This document shows, one piece after another, positions 1 through 11,080 of a stretch of 64,000 nt of DNA. This DNA is from an uncultured Alphaproteobacteria bacterium (GTDB lineage: Bacteria; Pseudomonadota; Alphaproteobacteria; Methylaequorales; Methylaequoraceae). Where the stretch lies: contig CACAYF010000002.1 in assembly GCA_902536655.1 (NCBI GenBank), forward strand, positions 76,123 to 140,122, in the 5' to 3' direction. The position numbers were made by a program, and so were the translations under genes. Each line of letters opens with the position of its first letter. Within the stretch, counting starts at the first letter, position 1. A model generated the notes under the pieces. That model did no database searches, was not told the DNA's origin, and saw only the letters and a list, made by a program, of their open reading frames with translations.

Positions 1-58
1 AATTAAATAAGGTTTTACCAAAAATCTCACTAGATAAATAATATATGGATTAAACCAA

Positions 59-1063
59 TTGGTTGATAAAACGTTTTATAAAAATGCTGGGCCATTCACT
101 TTAAGCAAAATATCAGAATTTCTTAATTCAAAATATTCAGGTAATAAAGAAAAAATAATCTTTGACATTGCACCCGTTGATAATGCACATCAAGATGAAA
201 TCTGCTTTGTCTCTGATAAATATAAAGATAACTTTAATAAATCAGAAGCTGGGGCTTTTATAATTAAAGATAGTGAAAAGCTTAAAACTGATAAAAATAT
301 TATTTTTTCTGAGAATCCTCATTTTGATATGGCAAAGGTTGCAACATTATTTTATCCGGAAGCAGATTACCCGAAATTTAGTTTTAGTAGGAAAGATCAT
401 ATCCAAGAGTTAGATAAATCAATAAAATTATCACCCAATGTTTTTATTCATAAGACTGCTAAGATAGGGGACAACACAGAAATCGGTTGTAATTCAATTA
501 TTGGGCCCGGCGTCAAGATAGGTGAAAACTGTTTAATAGGTGATAATGTATCAATTTATTTTTCAATAATTGGAGAAAACGTTAAAATTTATCAAGGTGT
601 AAAAATAGGTAGCGAAGGATTTGGATTCATTATGAAAGAAAATTCTTTTAAAAAAATCCCTCAGCTTGGTAGAGTAATTATCGGTAATAATGTTGAGATA
701 GGGGCTAATTCGACTATTGACAGAGGTTCAATTGGTGACACAGAAATAAACGATTTTTGTATGATTGATAACATTGTTCATTTAGGACACAATGTGAAGC
801 TAGGTCAAAAATGTATAATAGCTGCAATGACTGGAATTTCTGGGAGTACAACAATTGGAAATAATGTTATGATAGGTGGACAAGTTGGCATAAGTGGACA
901 TCTAAAAATTGGAAACAATGTAAAGATTGCTGCAAAAACCGGAATTATGAAAAATATTGATGATAATGATGTAATTGCTGGTTATCCATCTGAAAAAATA
1001 TTTGACTGGCATAGGAATACAATTATTTTAAAAAACTTAAGACAAAATGACAAAAAAAAATGA
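59..1063 (+). CDS. lpxD: UDP-3-O-(3-hydroxyacyl)glucosamine N-acyltransferase
   Basis: Hexapeptide repeats, GSEGFGF, KIPQLGRV, IDRG, IDNIVHLGHNV motifs; TTG start; precedes fabZ. Confidence 0.96.
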   Translation: MVDKTFYKNAGPFTLSKISEFLNSKYSGNKEKIIFDIAPVDNAHQDEICFVSDKYKDNFNKSEAGAFIIKDSEKLKTDKNIIFSENPHFDMAKVATLFYPEADYPKFSFSRKDHIQELDKSIKLSPNVFIHKTAKIGDNTEIGCNSIIGPGVKIGENCLIGDNVSIYFSIIGENVKIYQGVKIGSEGFGFIMKENSFKKIPQLGRVIIGNNVEIGANSTIDRGSIGDTEINDFCMIDNIVHLGHNVKLGQKCIIAAMTGISGSTTIGNNVMIGGQVGISGHLKIGNNVKIAAKTGIMKNIDDNDVIAGYPSEKIFDWHRNTIILKNLRQNDKKK

Positions 1064-1499
1064 ACTTAATATTGAGGAAATAAAAAAATTAATACCTCAT
1101 AGATATCCATTTCTTCTTATTGATAAACTAATAGATATAATTCCAAAAGAAAGTGCGGTAGGCGTCAAAAATGTAACTTTTAACGAAAATTTTTTTCAAG
1201 GTCATTTTGAATCAATGTCTGTTATGCCTGGTGCACTTATTATTGAATCTATGGCTCAATCTGCTGGCACACTTGTTATGCATAGTCTTAAAAAAAATCA
1301 AGAAAATATTTCAGTATATTTACTAACCGTTGATAAAGCTAAATTTAGAAAGCCCGTATGTCCAGGAGACACTCTATTTCACAGAGTGGTAAAAAAACAA
1401 AATGTCAAAAATATCTGGAAATTTAAATGTACATCTTTTGTCAATGAAAAATTAGTCGCAGAAGCCGAAGTTTCTGCAATTATCAACCCTGTAAATTAA
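1047..1499 (+). CDS. fabZ: 3-hydroxyacyl-ACP dehydratase
   Basis: IPHRYPFLLID, FFQGHF, MPGALIIESMAQ. Confidence 0.97.
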   Translation: MTKKNELNIEEIKKLIPHRYPFLLIDKLIDIIPKESAVGVKNVTFNENFFQGHFESMSVMPGALIIESMAQSAGTLVMHSLKKNQENISVYLLTVDKAKFRKPVCPGDTLFHRVVKKQNVKNIWKFKCTSFVNEKLVAEAEVSAIINPVN

Positions 1500-1564
1500 T
1501 TCCTTGTAATAATTTGTAATTATTTATTATTTGTGACATTCACCGTATTAATCTATAAAATATT

Positions 1565-2341
1565 ATGACTAGTAATTCTGTCATTCATAGAGATAGCCAA
1601 ATTGGAAAAAATGTAAAAATAGGTTCTTTTTGTACGATAGGAGCTAATGTGTCAATAGATGATAATTGCATTGTTCATAATAATGTTGTAATCGAGGGAA
1701 ATGTAAGAATCAAAAATAACGTTGAAATTTTTCCTTTTGTCTCAATTGGCTCTATTCCTCAAGACTTAAAATATAGAGGAGAAAAAACAAAAATATTTAT
1801 TGATGAAAATTGCAAAATTAGAGAATTTGTTACCATTAATCTGGGAACAAAAGGGGGTGGAGGAATAACAAAAATTGGTAAAAATTGTTTATTAATGGTC
1901 GGAACTCACATTGCCCACGATTGTATAGTTGGTAATGACATTATATTTGCAAATCATTCTACACTTGCTGGGCATGTTATTATTGAAAACAATGTTGTTG
2001 TAGGCGCTCTAAGTGCAATTCATCAATTTAGTCGGATTGGAGAAGGTGCTATGATTGGTGGAATGTCTGGTGTGACAGCTGATGTCATCCCTTTTTCGAC
2101 TGTTATGGGCAACAGGGCTAAACTCAGCGGTTTAAATCTTATTGGATTAAAAAGAAATAATTTTGATAAAAGCGAGATAACTGAATTAAGAAAAGTATTT
2201 AAATATATTTTTTTCAGCAAAAATAAAACGTTAAATGATAGAATTCTTGAGATAAAAAAAAAAAAACTAAATCTTTATACTGTTGATTCAATTCTAAACT
2301 TTCTTGAATCAAAATCCAAACGTTCGTTTACTATGCCATAA
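1565..2341 (+). CDS. lpxA: Acyl-ACP--UDP-GlcNAc O-acyltransferase
   Basis: PQDLKY, IREFVTI, HIAHDC, LAGHV, HQF motifs. Confidence 0.96.
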   Translation: MTSNSVIHRDSQIGKNVKIGSFCTIGANVSIDDNCIVHNNVVIEGNVRIKNNVEIFPFVSIGSIPQDLKYRGEKTKIFIDENCKIREFVTINLGTKGGGGITKIGKNCLLMVGTHIAHDCIVGNDIIFANHSTLAGHVIIENNVVVGALSAIHQFSRIGEGAMIGGMSGVTADVIPFSTVMGNRAKLSGLNLIGLKRNNFDKSEITELRKVFKYIFFSKNKTLNDRILEIKKKKLNLYTVDSILNFLESKSKRSFTMP

Positions 2342-2346
2342 GATAA

Positions 2347-3159
2347 ATGAAAAAAATTGTTTTGTTAACCGGAGGAGGGGATCTTCCTATAGAAGTCATA
2401 AGAAAATTGATAAACATGAAAATTACTTTTTTTTGTTTGATATTTGAGAAAAATCCTGTTTCTAAAATTATTTTAAAAAAAAATCATAAATTAATAAATT
2501 TTGGTAAAATAATATCAGAGTTATTGGAACTGAAAAGTTTGGGTTTCAATCATGTTGCTTTAGTTGGAAACTTAAAAAGACCAAGAATAAGCGACGTAAA
2601 GCCAGATTTAAACTCTGCTAAGATTATCCCAAAGTTTGTTAAGATTTTGTTAAAAGGTGGTGATAACAATCTTTTAGATTTTTGTATTAATTATTTAAAT
2701 AATATTGGGTTTAAGGTTTTAGATCTTCGAAAAATAATTCCTGAAAATTTCTTAAGTTCTGGAAATATTACTAAAATTAATTTATCAAAGATAATAATAG
2801 ATGATATTCAGAAAGGAAAAAAAATTCTTGATTGTATCTCTAAATTTGATATTGGACAATCACTCGTAATACAATCTGGAAATGTTATTGGAATTGAAGC
2901 TGCTCAGGGAACAGACAAGCTTATAAAAGATTCATATAATTATTTAAATAAAAATGAAAAATCAATTTTAGTAAAGCTTGCTAAAGTGAAACAAAATTTA
3001 AAGGCAGATTTACCAACAATTGGAGTTAAAACAATCAAGAATTGTTATAAATCTGGTATTTCAGGCATTGCTTATTCAGCAAATAAAACGTTGTTTATTA
3101 ATACACAGGAGATTGTGAAATATTGTAAACAAAATAATATTTTTTTATATGGTGTGTAA
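2347..3159 (+). CDS. lpxI: UDP-2,3-diacylglucosamine diphosphatase LpxI
   Basis: GGGDLP, GGDNNLL, DIGQS, IEAAQGTD, DLPTIG; between lpxA and lpxB as in alphaproteobacteria. Confidence 0.9.
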   Translation: MKKIVLLTGGGDLPIEVIRKLINMKITFFCLIFEKNPVSKIILKKNHKLINFGKIISELLELKSLGFNHVALVGNLKRPRISDVKPDLNSAKIIPKFVKILLKGGDNNLLDFCINYLNNIGFKVLDLRKIIPENFLSSGNITKINLSKIIIDDIQKGKKILDCISKFDIGQSLVIQSGNVIGIEAAQGTDKLIKDSYNYLNKNEKSILVKLAKVKQNLKADLPTIGVKTIKNCYKSGISGIAYSANKTLFINTQEIVKYCKQNNIFLYGV

Positions 3160-3162
3160 GGC

Positions 3163-4257
3163 GTGAGAATTATAATTTTGGCTACTGAGCCCTCAGGTGA
3201 TTTTTTAGGTGCTAAATTAATCAAAAATCTCGAAAAGCATAAAAAAGTAGTAATTTCAGGTGTTGGTGGAGAACAAATGAAAGTAGCAGGTTTACAATCG
3301 TGGGTTCAAATCAACGAGTTTAATGCAATTGGAATTTTTGAAGTATTAATAAGAATTTTCAAATTTTTAAAACTTTTCAAACTTATACAAAGAAAAATTT
3401 TAGATTTTAACCCTGATATTTTAATCACAATTGATTCACCAAGTTTTAGTTATAGGATTGTTAAGAGACTTCAAAGTTTGAGAAATAAAACTAAATTTAT
3501 TCATTACGTTGCCCCCACCGTCTGGGCCTGGAAATCTTATAGAGCTAGGATATTTTCCAAACTATATGACCAAATGTTTACATTATTTGATTTTGAACCA
3601 AAATATTTTAGGAAATTAGGGCTTCAAACTGATTTTGTGGGCCACCAAATTTTTTTCGATAAAAAAGTAATAAAAAAAAAAAAAAAATACATTTCTTTTT
3701 TTCCAGGCTCCAGGACGATTGAAATTAAAAATAATATGAAGAAACTTCAAGAGATAATTGCCGAGTCTGAGAAGATTTTTTCTGAATTTGATATATTTAT
3801 ATTAACTCTCAACGAACAAGCTAAATATATAAAAAAAATTATAAAATCAGAAAAAATTAAAATTATTTCTGATTATAAAAAAAAACATCAAATTATGAGG
3901 CAGACATATTTGGCGGTAGCTGCTTCTGGTTCTGTGACTTTGGAATTGATAAAGTATAAAGTACCAACAATTGTTTTTTATGAAACACATTGGTTGACAA
4001 AATTTATACTTAAATTATTTGTTAAAGTAAAATATGCTTCTTTGATAAATATTGTCTACAAAAAGGAAATTATACCTGAATTTTTATTTAACAAGTTTAA
4101 CTCACAAAATATAGTTGGTACTATGAAAGATTTCATTAAGAAAAAAGATCTTAGGTCAAATCAAATTAAACATTTTGATAATTTCCAAAAAAAAATGCTT
4201 TTTAATAATAGGAATCCATCTGCTTTGATTGTTAATAAGTTAAAAATTTATTTTTAA
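3163..4257 (+). CDS. lpxB: Lipid-A-disaccharide synthase
   Basis: [34 protein letters not shown]. Confidence 0.95.
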   Translation: MRIIILATEPSGDFLGAKLIKNLEKHKKVVISGVGGEQMKVAGLQSWVQINEFNAIGIFEVLIRIFKFLKLFKLIQRKILDFNPDILITIDSPSFSYRIVKRLQSLRNKTKFIHYVAPTVWAWKSYRARIFSKLYDQMFTLFDFEPKYFRKLGLQTDFVGHQIFFDKKVIKKKKKYISFFPGSRTIEIKNNMKKLQEIIAESEKIFSEFDIFILTLNEQAKYIKKIIKSEKIKIISDYKKKHQIMRQTYLAVAASGSVTLELIKYKVPTIVFYETHWLTKFILKLFVKVKYASLINIVYKKEIIPEFLFNKFNSQNIVGTMKDFIKKKDLRSNQIKHFDNFQKKMLFNNRNPSALIVNKLKIYF

Positions 4258-5585
4258 TCCACTTGTAAAGGGAACATTTTCTGGATATTTTTTCTGTCAT
4301 TAATTTTTACAAATTCTCTGTTGTCATTTCCGTTGTAAAGTTGCCGTGGTCTACTAATTCTGTTTTCGCTTTCAGTCATTTCCTTCCACTGCGAAATCCA
4401 CCCAACTGTTCTAGCAACTGCAAAAATAACAGTAAACATAGATTCTGGTAAACCCAAAGCTTTAAGAATAATTCCTGAGTAAAAGTCAACATTTGGATAA
4501 AGCTTTCTTTTAATAAAATATTCATCATTGAGCGCAATTTTTTCAAGTTTAGTAGCCAGTTTAAATAGAGATATATTGAAATTGTCTACTTCATTTAAGA
4601 GATTATGACAGTATTTTCTTAATACGGTTGCTCTTGGGTCATGATTTTTATAAACTCTATGCCCAAAGCCCATAAGTCTAAAGGGATCATTTATATCTTT
4701 AGCCTTTTTTATATATTTATCAATATTTCCTTCTTTACCAATTGTTTTTAACATTCTAATAACTGATTCATTCGCTCCACCATGGGCAGGTCCCCACAAA
4801 GATGCAACTCCTGCTGCTACGCAAGCGAAAGGGTTTGCTCCTGAGGATCCAGCAATTTTAACCGTGGATGTCGATGCATTTTGTTCATGGTCAGCATGCA
4901 AGATTAATAGTTTATCTAAAGCATCTACACTTGCTTTAGTGGGCTTGTATTCGCCACATGGTGTAGAAAAAAGCATGTGAAGAAAATTTTCACTGTAAGA
5001 TAACTCATTTTTAGGATATATAAAAGGCTGTCCTAATGAGTATTTATATGCCATTGCTGCCATTGTTGGAAGCTTCGCAAGAAGGCGGCTAACAGCAACC
5101 CATTTGCCCTTATTAGTCGAGAAGTCATATTTTTTTTCTGGATAAAACGAGGATAATGCTCCTACAATCCCTACCATGACGGCCATTGGGTGAGAATCCC
5201 GTCTAAATCCGCTGTAAAAACGCAATATCTGTTCATGTAACATTGTATGATGCGTTAAAATATTGATAAACTTCGTTTTATTTTCTTTACTTGGAAGATC
5301 ACCATTAAGTAAAAGATAGCAAACTTCTGGATAGTCTGAATTTTCAGCAAGATCCTCTATTTTATAACCCCTATGTAACAGAATTCCTTTTTCGCCGTCA
5401 ATAAATGTGATTTTTGACTCGCAACTAGCTGTAGACTTAAAGCCAGGATCATATACAAACATACCTGTTTTCTCGTAGAAAGATGAAAGATCTGCAACCG
5501 CGGGTCCACAAGATCCATCTTTCACATCAAACTCATAAACCTTTCCGTTTCTATTATCTTTAATTGTTAATGTTTTTTTTGTCAT
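4254..5585 (-). CDS. gltA: Citrate synthase (type II)
   Basis: [42 protein letters not shown]. Confidence 0.98.
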   Translation of the reverse strand: MTKKTLTIKDNRNGKVYEFDVKDGSCGPAVADLSSFYEKTGMFVYDPGFKSTASCESKITFIDGEKGILLHRGYKIEDLAENSDYPEVCYLLLNGDLPSKENKTKFINILTHHTMLHEQILRFYSGFRRDSHPMAVMVGIVGALSSFYPEKKYDFSTNKGKWVAVSRLLAKLPTMAAMAYKYSLGQPFIYPKNELSYSENFLHMLFSTPCGEYKPTKASVDALDKLLILHADHEQNASTSTVKIAGSSGANPFACVAAGVASLWGPAHGGANESVIRMLKTIGKEGNIDKYIKKAKDINDPFRLMGFGHRVYKNHDPRATVLRKYCHNLLNEVDNFNISLFKLATKLEKIALNDEYFIKRKLYPNVDFYSGIILKALGLPESMFTVIFAVARTVGWISQWKEMTESENRISRPRQLYNGNDNREFVKINDRKNIQKMFPLQVD

Positions 5586-5594
5586 TATTAAAAA

Positions 5595-6950
5595 TTATCT
5601 ATTGATTCTTTTAATTGTTTTTTGTAATCCCAAGACTTTAATAATTTTCGATAAAGATGGACCAAATAAACTTCCTGTAATTAATAATCTTAGCGGTTGT
5701 CCTATCGACTTAAAATCTATTTGGTAATACTTAATCACTTCTTTTATTTCATTTTCTATATTTAACTCATTCCATTCAATAATGTTTGAAAACTTATCAC
5801 AAATTAATGACTTGTATTTTTCAAAATTTTCAAGAATAAGTTTTTCTTCATTTGTAAAATTTTTTTTCACAGAAGTCATTTGTAAAACATTGGAAGCGAT
5901 TTCATTTAAAGATGACGATCTATCTTTAAAAATACTAATAAGCTCAATTAACTCTTTTTGATTGAAAAAGTCAATATTTTTTAATTGTTCATCATTATTT
6001 TTAATATAATCAAATATCCCTTTATTTGACATTTTCTTAATATAAAAGTTATTAAGAAAATTTAATTTTTTTTCGTCATACCTTGCTGGTGATTTACCTA
6101 AACTATCTAATTCAAAATTTTTCTTCAAGAAATCAAAAGAGAAGGTCTCTTGGTTTCCATATGACCAACCCAGACGTGCTAAATAATTTATAATGGCTTC
6201 TGGAAGATATCCCTTCATTTTGTAATCAATTAATGAAGTTGAGTTATCCCTTTTAGACATTTTTTGATTATCTTTATTGTGAATTAACGAAATATGAGCA
6301 AAATTTGGTTTATAATTCAAAAAATCAAAGATAATTTTCTGTCTAAAGCTATTGGTCAAATGATCATCTCCTCTAATTATATCTGTTATTTTCATTTTGA
6401 AATCATCAGCAGCAGATGACAATAAAAAGGTTGGTGTTCCGTCACTTCTAATAATTATATAATCATCGATTTCATTTGCGCTTACTTTAACATTACCTTG
6501 TATCCTATCTTTGATAATATGATCACGGTTTAAAGGAGACTTAATTCTTATACAAAAATCTTTTTTTGTTGGTAGTAGATTTTGTTTATCTCTCCATTCA
6601 CTATAAAATTTTTGTTTTGAATTGCTGAATTGTTGAATGTATTCTTTATCGTGATAACATTTATAAGCTAACCCTTTTGACAATAATGATTCTGCTATTA
6701 AAGTGTGTTCAGTTTGATTATTACTCTGGTAAATTATATCGTCGTCCACTTCAAGACCTAACCATTCAAGACTTTTAGTTATAACCTTTGTGGACTCTTC
6801 AGAATTCCTATTTCTGTCAGTATCCTCAATTCTCAGTCTAAATTTTCCATTATTTCTTTTAGCATGAAGATAATTAAATAAAGCTGTTCTTGCTCCACCC
6901 AGATGCAGTGCACCTGTTGGAGAAGGGGCAAATCTAGTAATAACTGTCAT
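5595..6950 (-). CDS. gltX: Glutamate--tRNA ligase
   Basis: RFAPSPTG, HLGG (HIGH), RIEDTD, IRGDDH, KMSKR. Confidence 0.96.
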   Translation of the reverse strand: MTVITRFAPSPTGALHLGGARTALFNYLHAKRNNGKFRLRIEDTDRNRNSEESTKVITKSLEWLGLEVDDDIIYQSNNQTEHTLIAESLLSKGLAYKCYHDKEYIQQFSNSKQKFYSEWRDKQNLLPTKKDFCIRIKSPLNRDHIIKDRIQGNVKVSANEIDDYIIIRSDGTPTFLLSSAADDFKMKITDIIRGDDHLTNSFRQKIIFDFLNYKPNFAHISLIHNKDNQKMSKRDNSTSLIDYKMKGYLPEAIINYLARLGWSYGNQETFSFDFLKKNFELDSLGKSPARYDEKKLNFLNNFYIKKMSNKGIFDYIKNNDEQLKNIDFFNQKELIELISIFKDRSSSLNEIASNVLQMTSVKKNFTNEEKLILENFEKYKSLICDKFSNIIEWNELNIENEIKEVIKYYQIDFKSIGQPLRLLITGSLFGPSLSKIIKVLGLQKTIKRINR

Positions 6951-6973
6951 TTAAATTTATGAATTAAAATTTA

Positions 6974-7588
6974 CTAAAATTTTCTAATTAGTCCTACTAA
7001 TTTACCTTGTATTTTGACTCTACCTTCTCCAAAAATTCTTGTTTTAAAATTTTTATTGGATGGTTCGAGAGCTATAGAATTTTTAAAAGATCTAAATTTT
7101 TTTAATGTAACTTCGTTTTCATCAATTAACGCTACGACTATATCACCAGTCTGTGCAAAATTTGTTTTACATATTATAACAATATCACCATCGAAGATCC
7201 CTTCGTCTATCATGGAGTCTCCATTAACTTCTAGTGTATAATGCTCTTCTTTATTGTTAATTAGGTAGTTTGGTACTGAAATTTGTTCAAAACTTCCAGT
7301 AATTGCCTCTATGGGGTTACCTGCAGCTATTCTACCCAAAAAAGGTAATTTTGTTTTATCAGTTTGAATACTATTTTTTTTTAAATCATTTAATTTTAAT
7401 GCTCTTGCTTTGTGTGGTATTTTTTTTATGTAACCTTTATCTTCAAGGCTTGATAGTAACTTATATATTCCAGATTTGGACTTAATACTTAAATTATCCT
7501 TCATTTCTTCGAAAGTAGGAAATAAATCTTTAGCGTGATAATACGATTTAATATAGTCCAAAAGTTTTTTTTGTTTAATTGTCAGCAT
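6974..7588 (-). CDS. lexA: SOS repressor LexA
   Basis: N-terminal wHTH, IAAG cleavage site, GDSM Ser, TLKK Lys. Confidence 0.95.
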   Translation of the reverse strand: MLTIKQKKLLDYIKSYYHAKDLFPTFEEMKDNLSIKSKSGIYKLLSSLEDKGYIKKIPHKARALKLNDLKKNSIQTDKTKLPFLGRIAAGNPIEAITGSFEQISVPNYLINNKEEHYTLEVNGDSMIDEGIFDGDIVIICKTNFAQTGDIVVALIDENEVTLKKFRSFKNSIALEPSNKNFKTRIFGEGRVKIQGKLVGLIRKF

Positions 7589-7595
7589 AATAAAT

Positions 7596-7610
7596 GTTCT
7601 ACATGCGTTC
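7596..7610 (-). promoter_or_regulatory. Alphaproteobacterial LexA box (GAAC-N7-GAAC)
   Basis: Plus strand GTTC-TACATGC-GTTC, 7 bp upstream of the lexA ATG. Confidence 0.9.
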
Positions 7611-7624
7611 TACTAATATGTCAA
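7596..7624 (-). promoter_or_regulatory. sigma70-type lexA promoter
   Basis: Minus strand TTGACA (7624-7619), 17 bp, TAGAAC (7601-7596); the -10 overlaps the LexA box. Confidence 0.7.
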
Positions 7625-8812
7625 GGGTTTTTGATTATCTATTTCTTCAAAGACAAGGATTTTAATTTTTTCATTTGGTTTAACAGATTTAGAGTAAGGA
7701 GGTCTTATTAAAATACCATTTGAAACTTTCAACATATTGATTAAAGAGCTATCTTGATTTTTAATAATTTCAAATTTTTTGTTTTTGATGATCACTCTTT
7801 GAAATAATGTCAAATTTTTATTCTTCTCAATAAAAGATTTTGATAAGAATTCAATAAACTTCAAATTTACAAATTTTTTACCGTAAAAAGAATTAATGTA
7901 TATTGGAAGAAAATTTATTAAAGACATAAAACATGAAACTGGATTACCTGGTAATCCTAAAAAAAACTTATTTTTATCTAATCTTCCAAATGTTGTCGGC
8001 TTGCCTGGTTTAATTGCTACTCTCTCAAATAAAATTTTTAATCCAAATTCTTTTAATGATTCTTTGACTATATCGTACTTTCCTTTAGATATTCCACCAC
8101 TAGTAATCAATAAATCAAAATCCTTTAATGATTTAAATTTTTTTAGAAATTCAATTTTATTGTCTTTAGAAAATTGAATAGAAACAACTTCTCCTCCAAA
8201 TAGTTCAACAAAATGTTTGATAAAAATATTGTTAGTTGAGACAACTAAGCTTGATTTACTATTATCAATTATCAACTCGTCTCCGGTGCATATTACAAAA
8301 ACTCTGGGTTTCATTAGAACTTTTAAATAATTTAACCTCATAGATTTAGCCAAAGCTATTGATCTTATATTCATGACGTCATTGCTGAAAAGATATTTTT
8401 TATTTTTAGTTAAATCTGAGGACTTTCTCCTAATAAAAAATTCTTTTGAAAGTGAACTGATAATCAAATAATTATTTTTTATTTCAAAGTTTTCTTTCGG
8501 TATAACATGTTTATCGTCACCAAATATTGGAGCACCGGTGTAAACTAAATAACATTCTCCATTTTTAAAATTTTTACCTTTTTTATCTCCAGCTTTTGAC
8601 TCACCAATTATTTTCAGTTTTAATTTGTTTTCTTTCTTTAAAATTACTGCCCCATCCATTGCGGATAAATTAGTTTTAGGAAGGTTAATTTTAGAATAAT
8701 AATCTTTTCCAAGAATTCTGTTATTTGATTTTTCTGTGTGAATTGATTCAAGTTTTTTTGATCTAATAACATTTTGTGAAATTAATTTAAGCGCTTTTGT
8801 ATATTTTATCAT
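7613..8812 (-). CDS. moeA: Molybdopterin molybdotransferase
   Basis: SAMDG, TGAP, TGDEL, SGGISKG, IKPGKP, LPGNPVS; ATG at 8812 preferred over ORF start 8836. Confidence 0.92.
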   Translation of the reverse strand: MIKYTKALKLISQNVIRSKKLESIHTEKSNNRILGKDYYSKINLPKTNLSAMDGAVILKKENKLKLKIIGESKAGDKKGKNFKNGECYLVYTGAPIFGDDKHVIPKENFEIKNNYLIISSLSKEFFIRRKSSDLTKNKKYLFSNDVMNIRSIALAKSMRLNYLKVLMKPRVFVICTGDELIIDNSKSSLVVSTNNIFIKHFVELFGGEVVSIQFSKDNKIEFLKKFKSLKDFDLLITSGGISKGKYDIVKESLKEFGLKILFERVAIKPGKPTTFGRLDKNKFFLGLPGNPVSCFMSLINFLPIYINSFYGKKFVNLKFIEFLSKSFIEKNKNLTLFQRVIIKNKKFEIIKNQDSSLINMLKVSNGILIRPPYSKSVKPNEKIKILVFEEIDNQKPLTY

Positions 8813-9278
8813 TTTTATATTTGCCAGATTTTCCACCGCTTTTATATATCAACCTAACGTTATTTATAATAATTTCTTTATCAAAACTTTTGCACATATC
8901 ATAAATTGTTAAACATGCAATTGAACAAGAAGTTAGTGCTTCCATTTCAACTCCGGTCATGTAAGTACTTTTGACAATAGCAATAACTTCAACAGAGGAA
9001 TTTCTTTTGTCAATTTTAAAGTTTATGTTAACTGAGCCTAGGTTAATGTTATGACATAAAGGAATTAGTTCGTGTGTTTTTTTTGCAGCTAATGTTCCAG
9101 CTAAAATTGCAGTATTAAATATTGAGCCTTTAGGACTATCATCTGAAACAATTTTTTTGAAAGTTTTGGAACTAAACTTTACAATGGCAACGGCACGAGC
9201 TTCACGAGATGTTGATTTCTTTTTTGAAATGTCTACCATTTGAACTTCTTTCTTGTTTTTTAAATGACTAAAACTCAT
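8787..9278 (-). CDS. moaC: Cyclic pyranopterin monophosphate synthase
   Basis: MVDIS, LIPLCH, TGVEMEAL, IYDMCK, KSGGKSG. Confidence 0.96.
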   Translation of the reverse strand: MSFSHLKNKKEVQMVDISKKKSTSREARAVAIVKFSSKTFKKIVSDDSPKGSIFNTAILAGTLAAKKTHELIPLCHNINLGSVNINFKIDKRNSSVEVIAIVKSTYMTGVEMEALTSCSIACLTIYDMCKSFDKEIIINNVRLIYKSGGKSGKYKNDKIYKSA

Positions 9279-10048
9279 TTTTTTATTATCTCAATAGTTT
9301 TTTTCTTTAGGTTATTAGAAGCCATTAAATATTCTCCAATTAAAAAACCATCTGCTCCCATTTTTGTAAAATATCTCAATTGTTCATTCGATTTTAATCC
9401 ACTTTCGCATATTTTTATTATTCCTTTTGGAATTTTTTTTGATAGTCTTTCAAAAGTTTCTAGATCAATCTTAAGTGTTTTTAGGTTTCTGTTATTTATA
9501 CCGATACATTCAACATTTAAATTGATAGCTCTTTTAAGTTCAGTTTCGTCATGTACTTCTACGATTACGTCCAAATTAAGTTCCTTAGATATTTCATAGA
9601 ATCTTTTTGCCTCATTATCTTCTAAGATGGCTAATATAAGAAGAATACAATCTGCGCCATAAAAGTAGCTTTCATATATTTGCCATTCATCTAAAATAAA
9701 ATCTTTTCTTAAGATTGGTATATCAACAATTCTTTTTACTTGATTTATATAATTTATGTCACCTTGAAAATAATTTTTTTCCGTGAGAACTGATAAACAT
9801 GATGCTCCTGCTTTTTCATAATCTTGTGCAATTTGGTTTAAATTAAATATTCTACATATTTCTCCTTTGCTTGGAGAAGATTTTTTGATTTCCGCTATTA
9901 AATTAAATTTGTTGCAGTCTTCATTAGTAAGTTTCTTTAAAAAATTTCTTCTTTCAGATATTACAATTTTATTTTTGTAGTTAATATTAGTTTTTAACTT
10001 ATTTATTTCGTAAATTTTTTTTTGACAAATTTCTTGGAGAATATTCAT
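9275..10048 (-). CDS. trpC: Indole-3-glycerol phosphate synthase
   Basis: IAEIKKSSPSKG, SVLTE, LRKDF, GINNRNL, ESG. Confidence 0.96.
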   Translation of the reverse strand: MNILQEICQKKIYEINKLKTNINYKNKIVISERRNFLKKLTNEDCNKFNLIAEIKKSSPSKGEICRIFNLNQIAQDYEKAGASCLSVLTEKNYFQGDINYINQVKRIVDIPILRKDFILDEWQIYESYFYGADCILLILAILEDNEAKRFYEISKELNLDVIVEVHDETELKRAINLNVECIGINNRNLKTLKIDLETFERLSKKIPKGIIKICESGLKSNEQLRYFTKMGADGFLIGEYLMASNNLKKKTIEIIKK

Positions 10049-10049
10049 T

Positions 10050-11057
10050 TTAACTTTTTATCAATGTCTTAAGTTTATTTAATATTAATCCATTATTAAT
10101 TTTATCTTCAACAGTATTTATTCCTTGTTTAATTGTTTTTACTTTATCACTTATAAGTAAACCTGCTGCTGCATTCAAAATGATGTTATCTCTTATTGCC
10201 CCAGTTTCACCCTCAAATACTCTTTTCATTAAAAAAGAATTTTCTTGAGCTGATCCACCTTTTAATTCATGATCTTTTCTTATTTTAAATCCAATCTCAC
10301 TTGGATCTAATACTTTTTTCTTACCAACTTTTCCATTTTTGACTTCAATAAATAAATTTTTTGAAGTTGTAGTTAGTTCATCATAGCCATTAAGATTAAA
10401 TACCACCCATGCCTTTTTTAAATTAAGTTTTGAAATACATTTTGCATGTGTTTCTAAATTTTTTTCGTCGCTGACACCAAGTAGTTGATAGTCAAGTTTT
10501 ACCGGATTTAGTAAAGGCCCTAGAAGATTGAAAATTGTTCTAAATGGGAGAGATCTTCTTATTTCGGCAAAACTTTTTAATACGGAATGATAATGAGGTG
10601 CAAATAGAAAGCAGATGTTATTTTTTTTAAAATATTTTATAGTTTCATTTTTATTTAAATCTATTTTAATTCCTAATGATTCTAATAAATCAAAACTTCC
10701 AGACTTTGAAGTAACGGATCTATTTCCGTGTTTTGCAATCTTTACATCGCAAGCAGATAAAACAATCGATGTTGCTGTTGAAAAATTAAAACTATTTTTA
10801 TTGTCACCACCTGTACCGCATGTATCCATGATTGAACCAGTTAAGGAAATTTTATTCATTTTTTTTCTTAAAATTTTAATGAATGCAAAAATTTCTTCGT
10901 ATTTTTCACCATTTTGAAATAAAAATGATAAAAGGCTAACAATTTCATAATCGTTGATTTTTCTGTTAATGATATTTTCTGCTAACAAATTAGATTCAAA
11001 TTCGTTTAAAACTGATCCATTTATAATTTTGTCTGTTAAATTTTTATTGTTGCTCAT
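10050..11057 (-). CDS. trpD: Anthranilate phosphoribosyltransferase
   Basis: DTCGTGGD, KHGNRSVTSKSGS, FNLLGPLLNP, GYDE. Confidence 0.96.
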   Translation of the reverse strand: MSNNKNLTDKIINGSVLNEFESNLLAENIINRKINDYEIVSLLSFLFQNGEKYEEIFAFIKILRKKMNKISLTGSIMDTCGTGGDNKNSFNFSTATSIVLSACDVKIAKHGNRSVTSKSGSFDLLESLGIKIDLNKNETIKYFKKNNICFLFAPHYHSVLKSFAEIRRSLPFRTIFNLLGPLLNPVKLDYQLLGVSDEKNLETHAKCISKLNLKKAWVVFNLNGYDELTTTSKNLFIEVKNGKVGKKKVLDPSEIGFKIRKDHELKGGSAQENSFLMKRVFEGETGAIRDNIILNAAAGLLISDKVKTIKQGINTVEDKINNGLILNKLKTLIKS

Positions 11058-11080
11058 ATTTAAACTGTATATTAAAAAAA

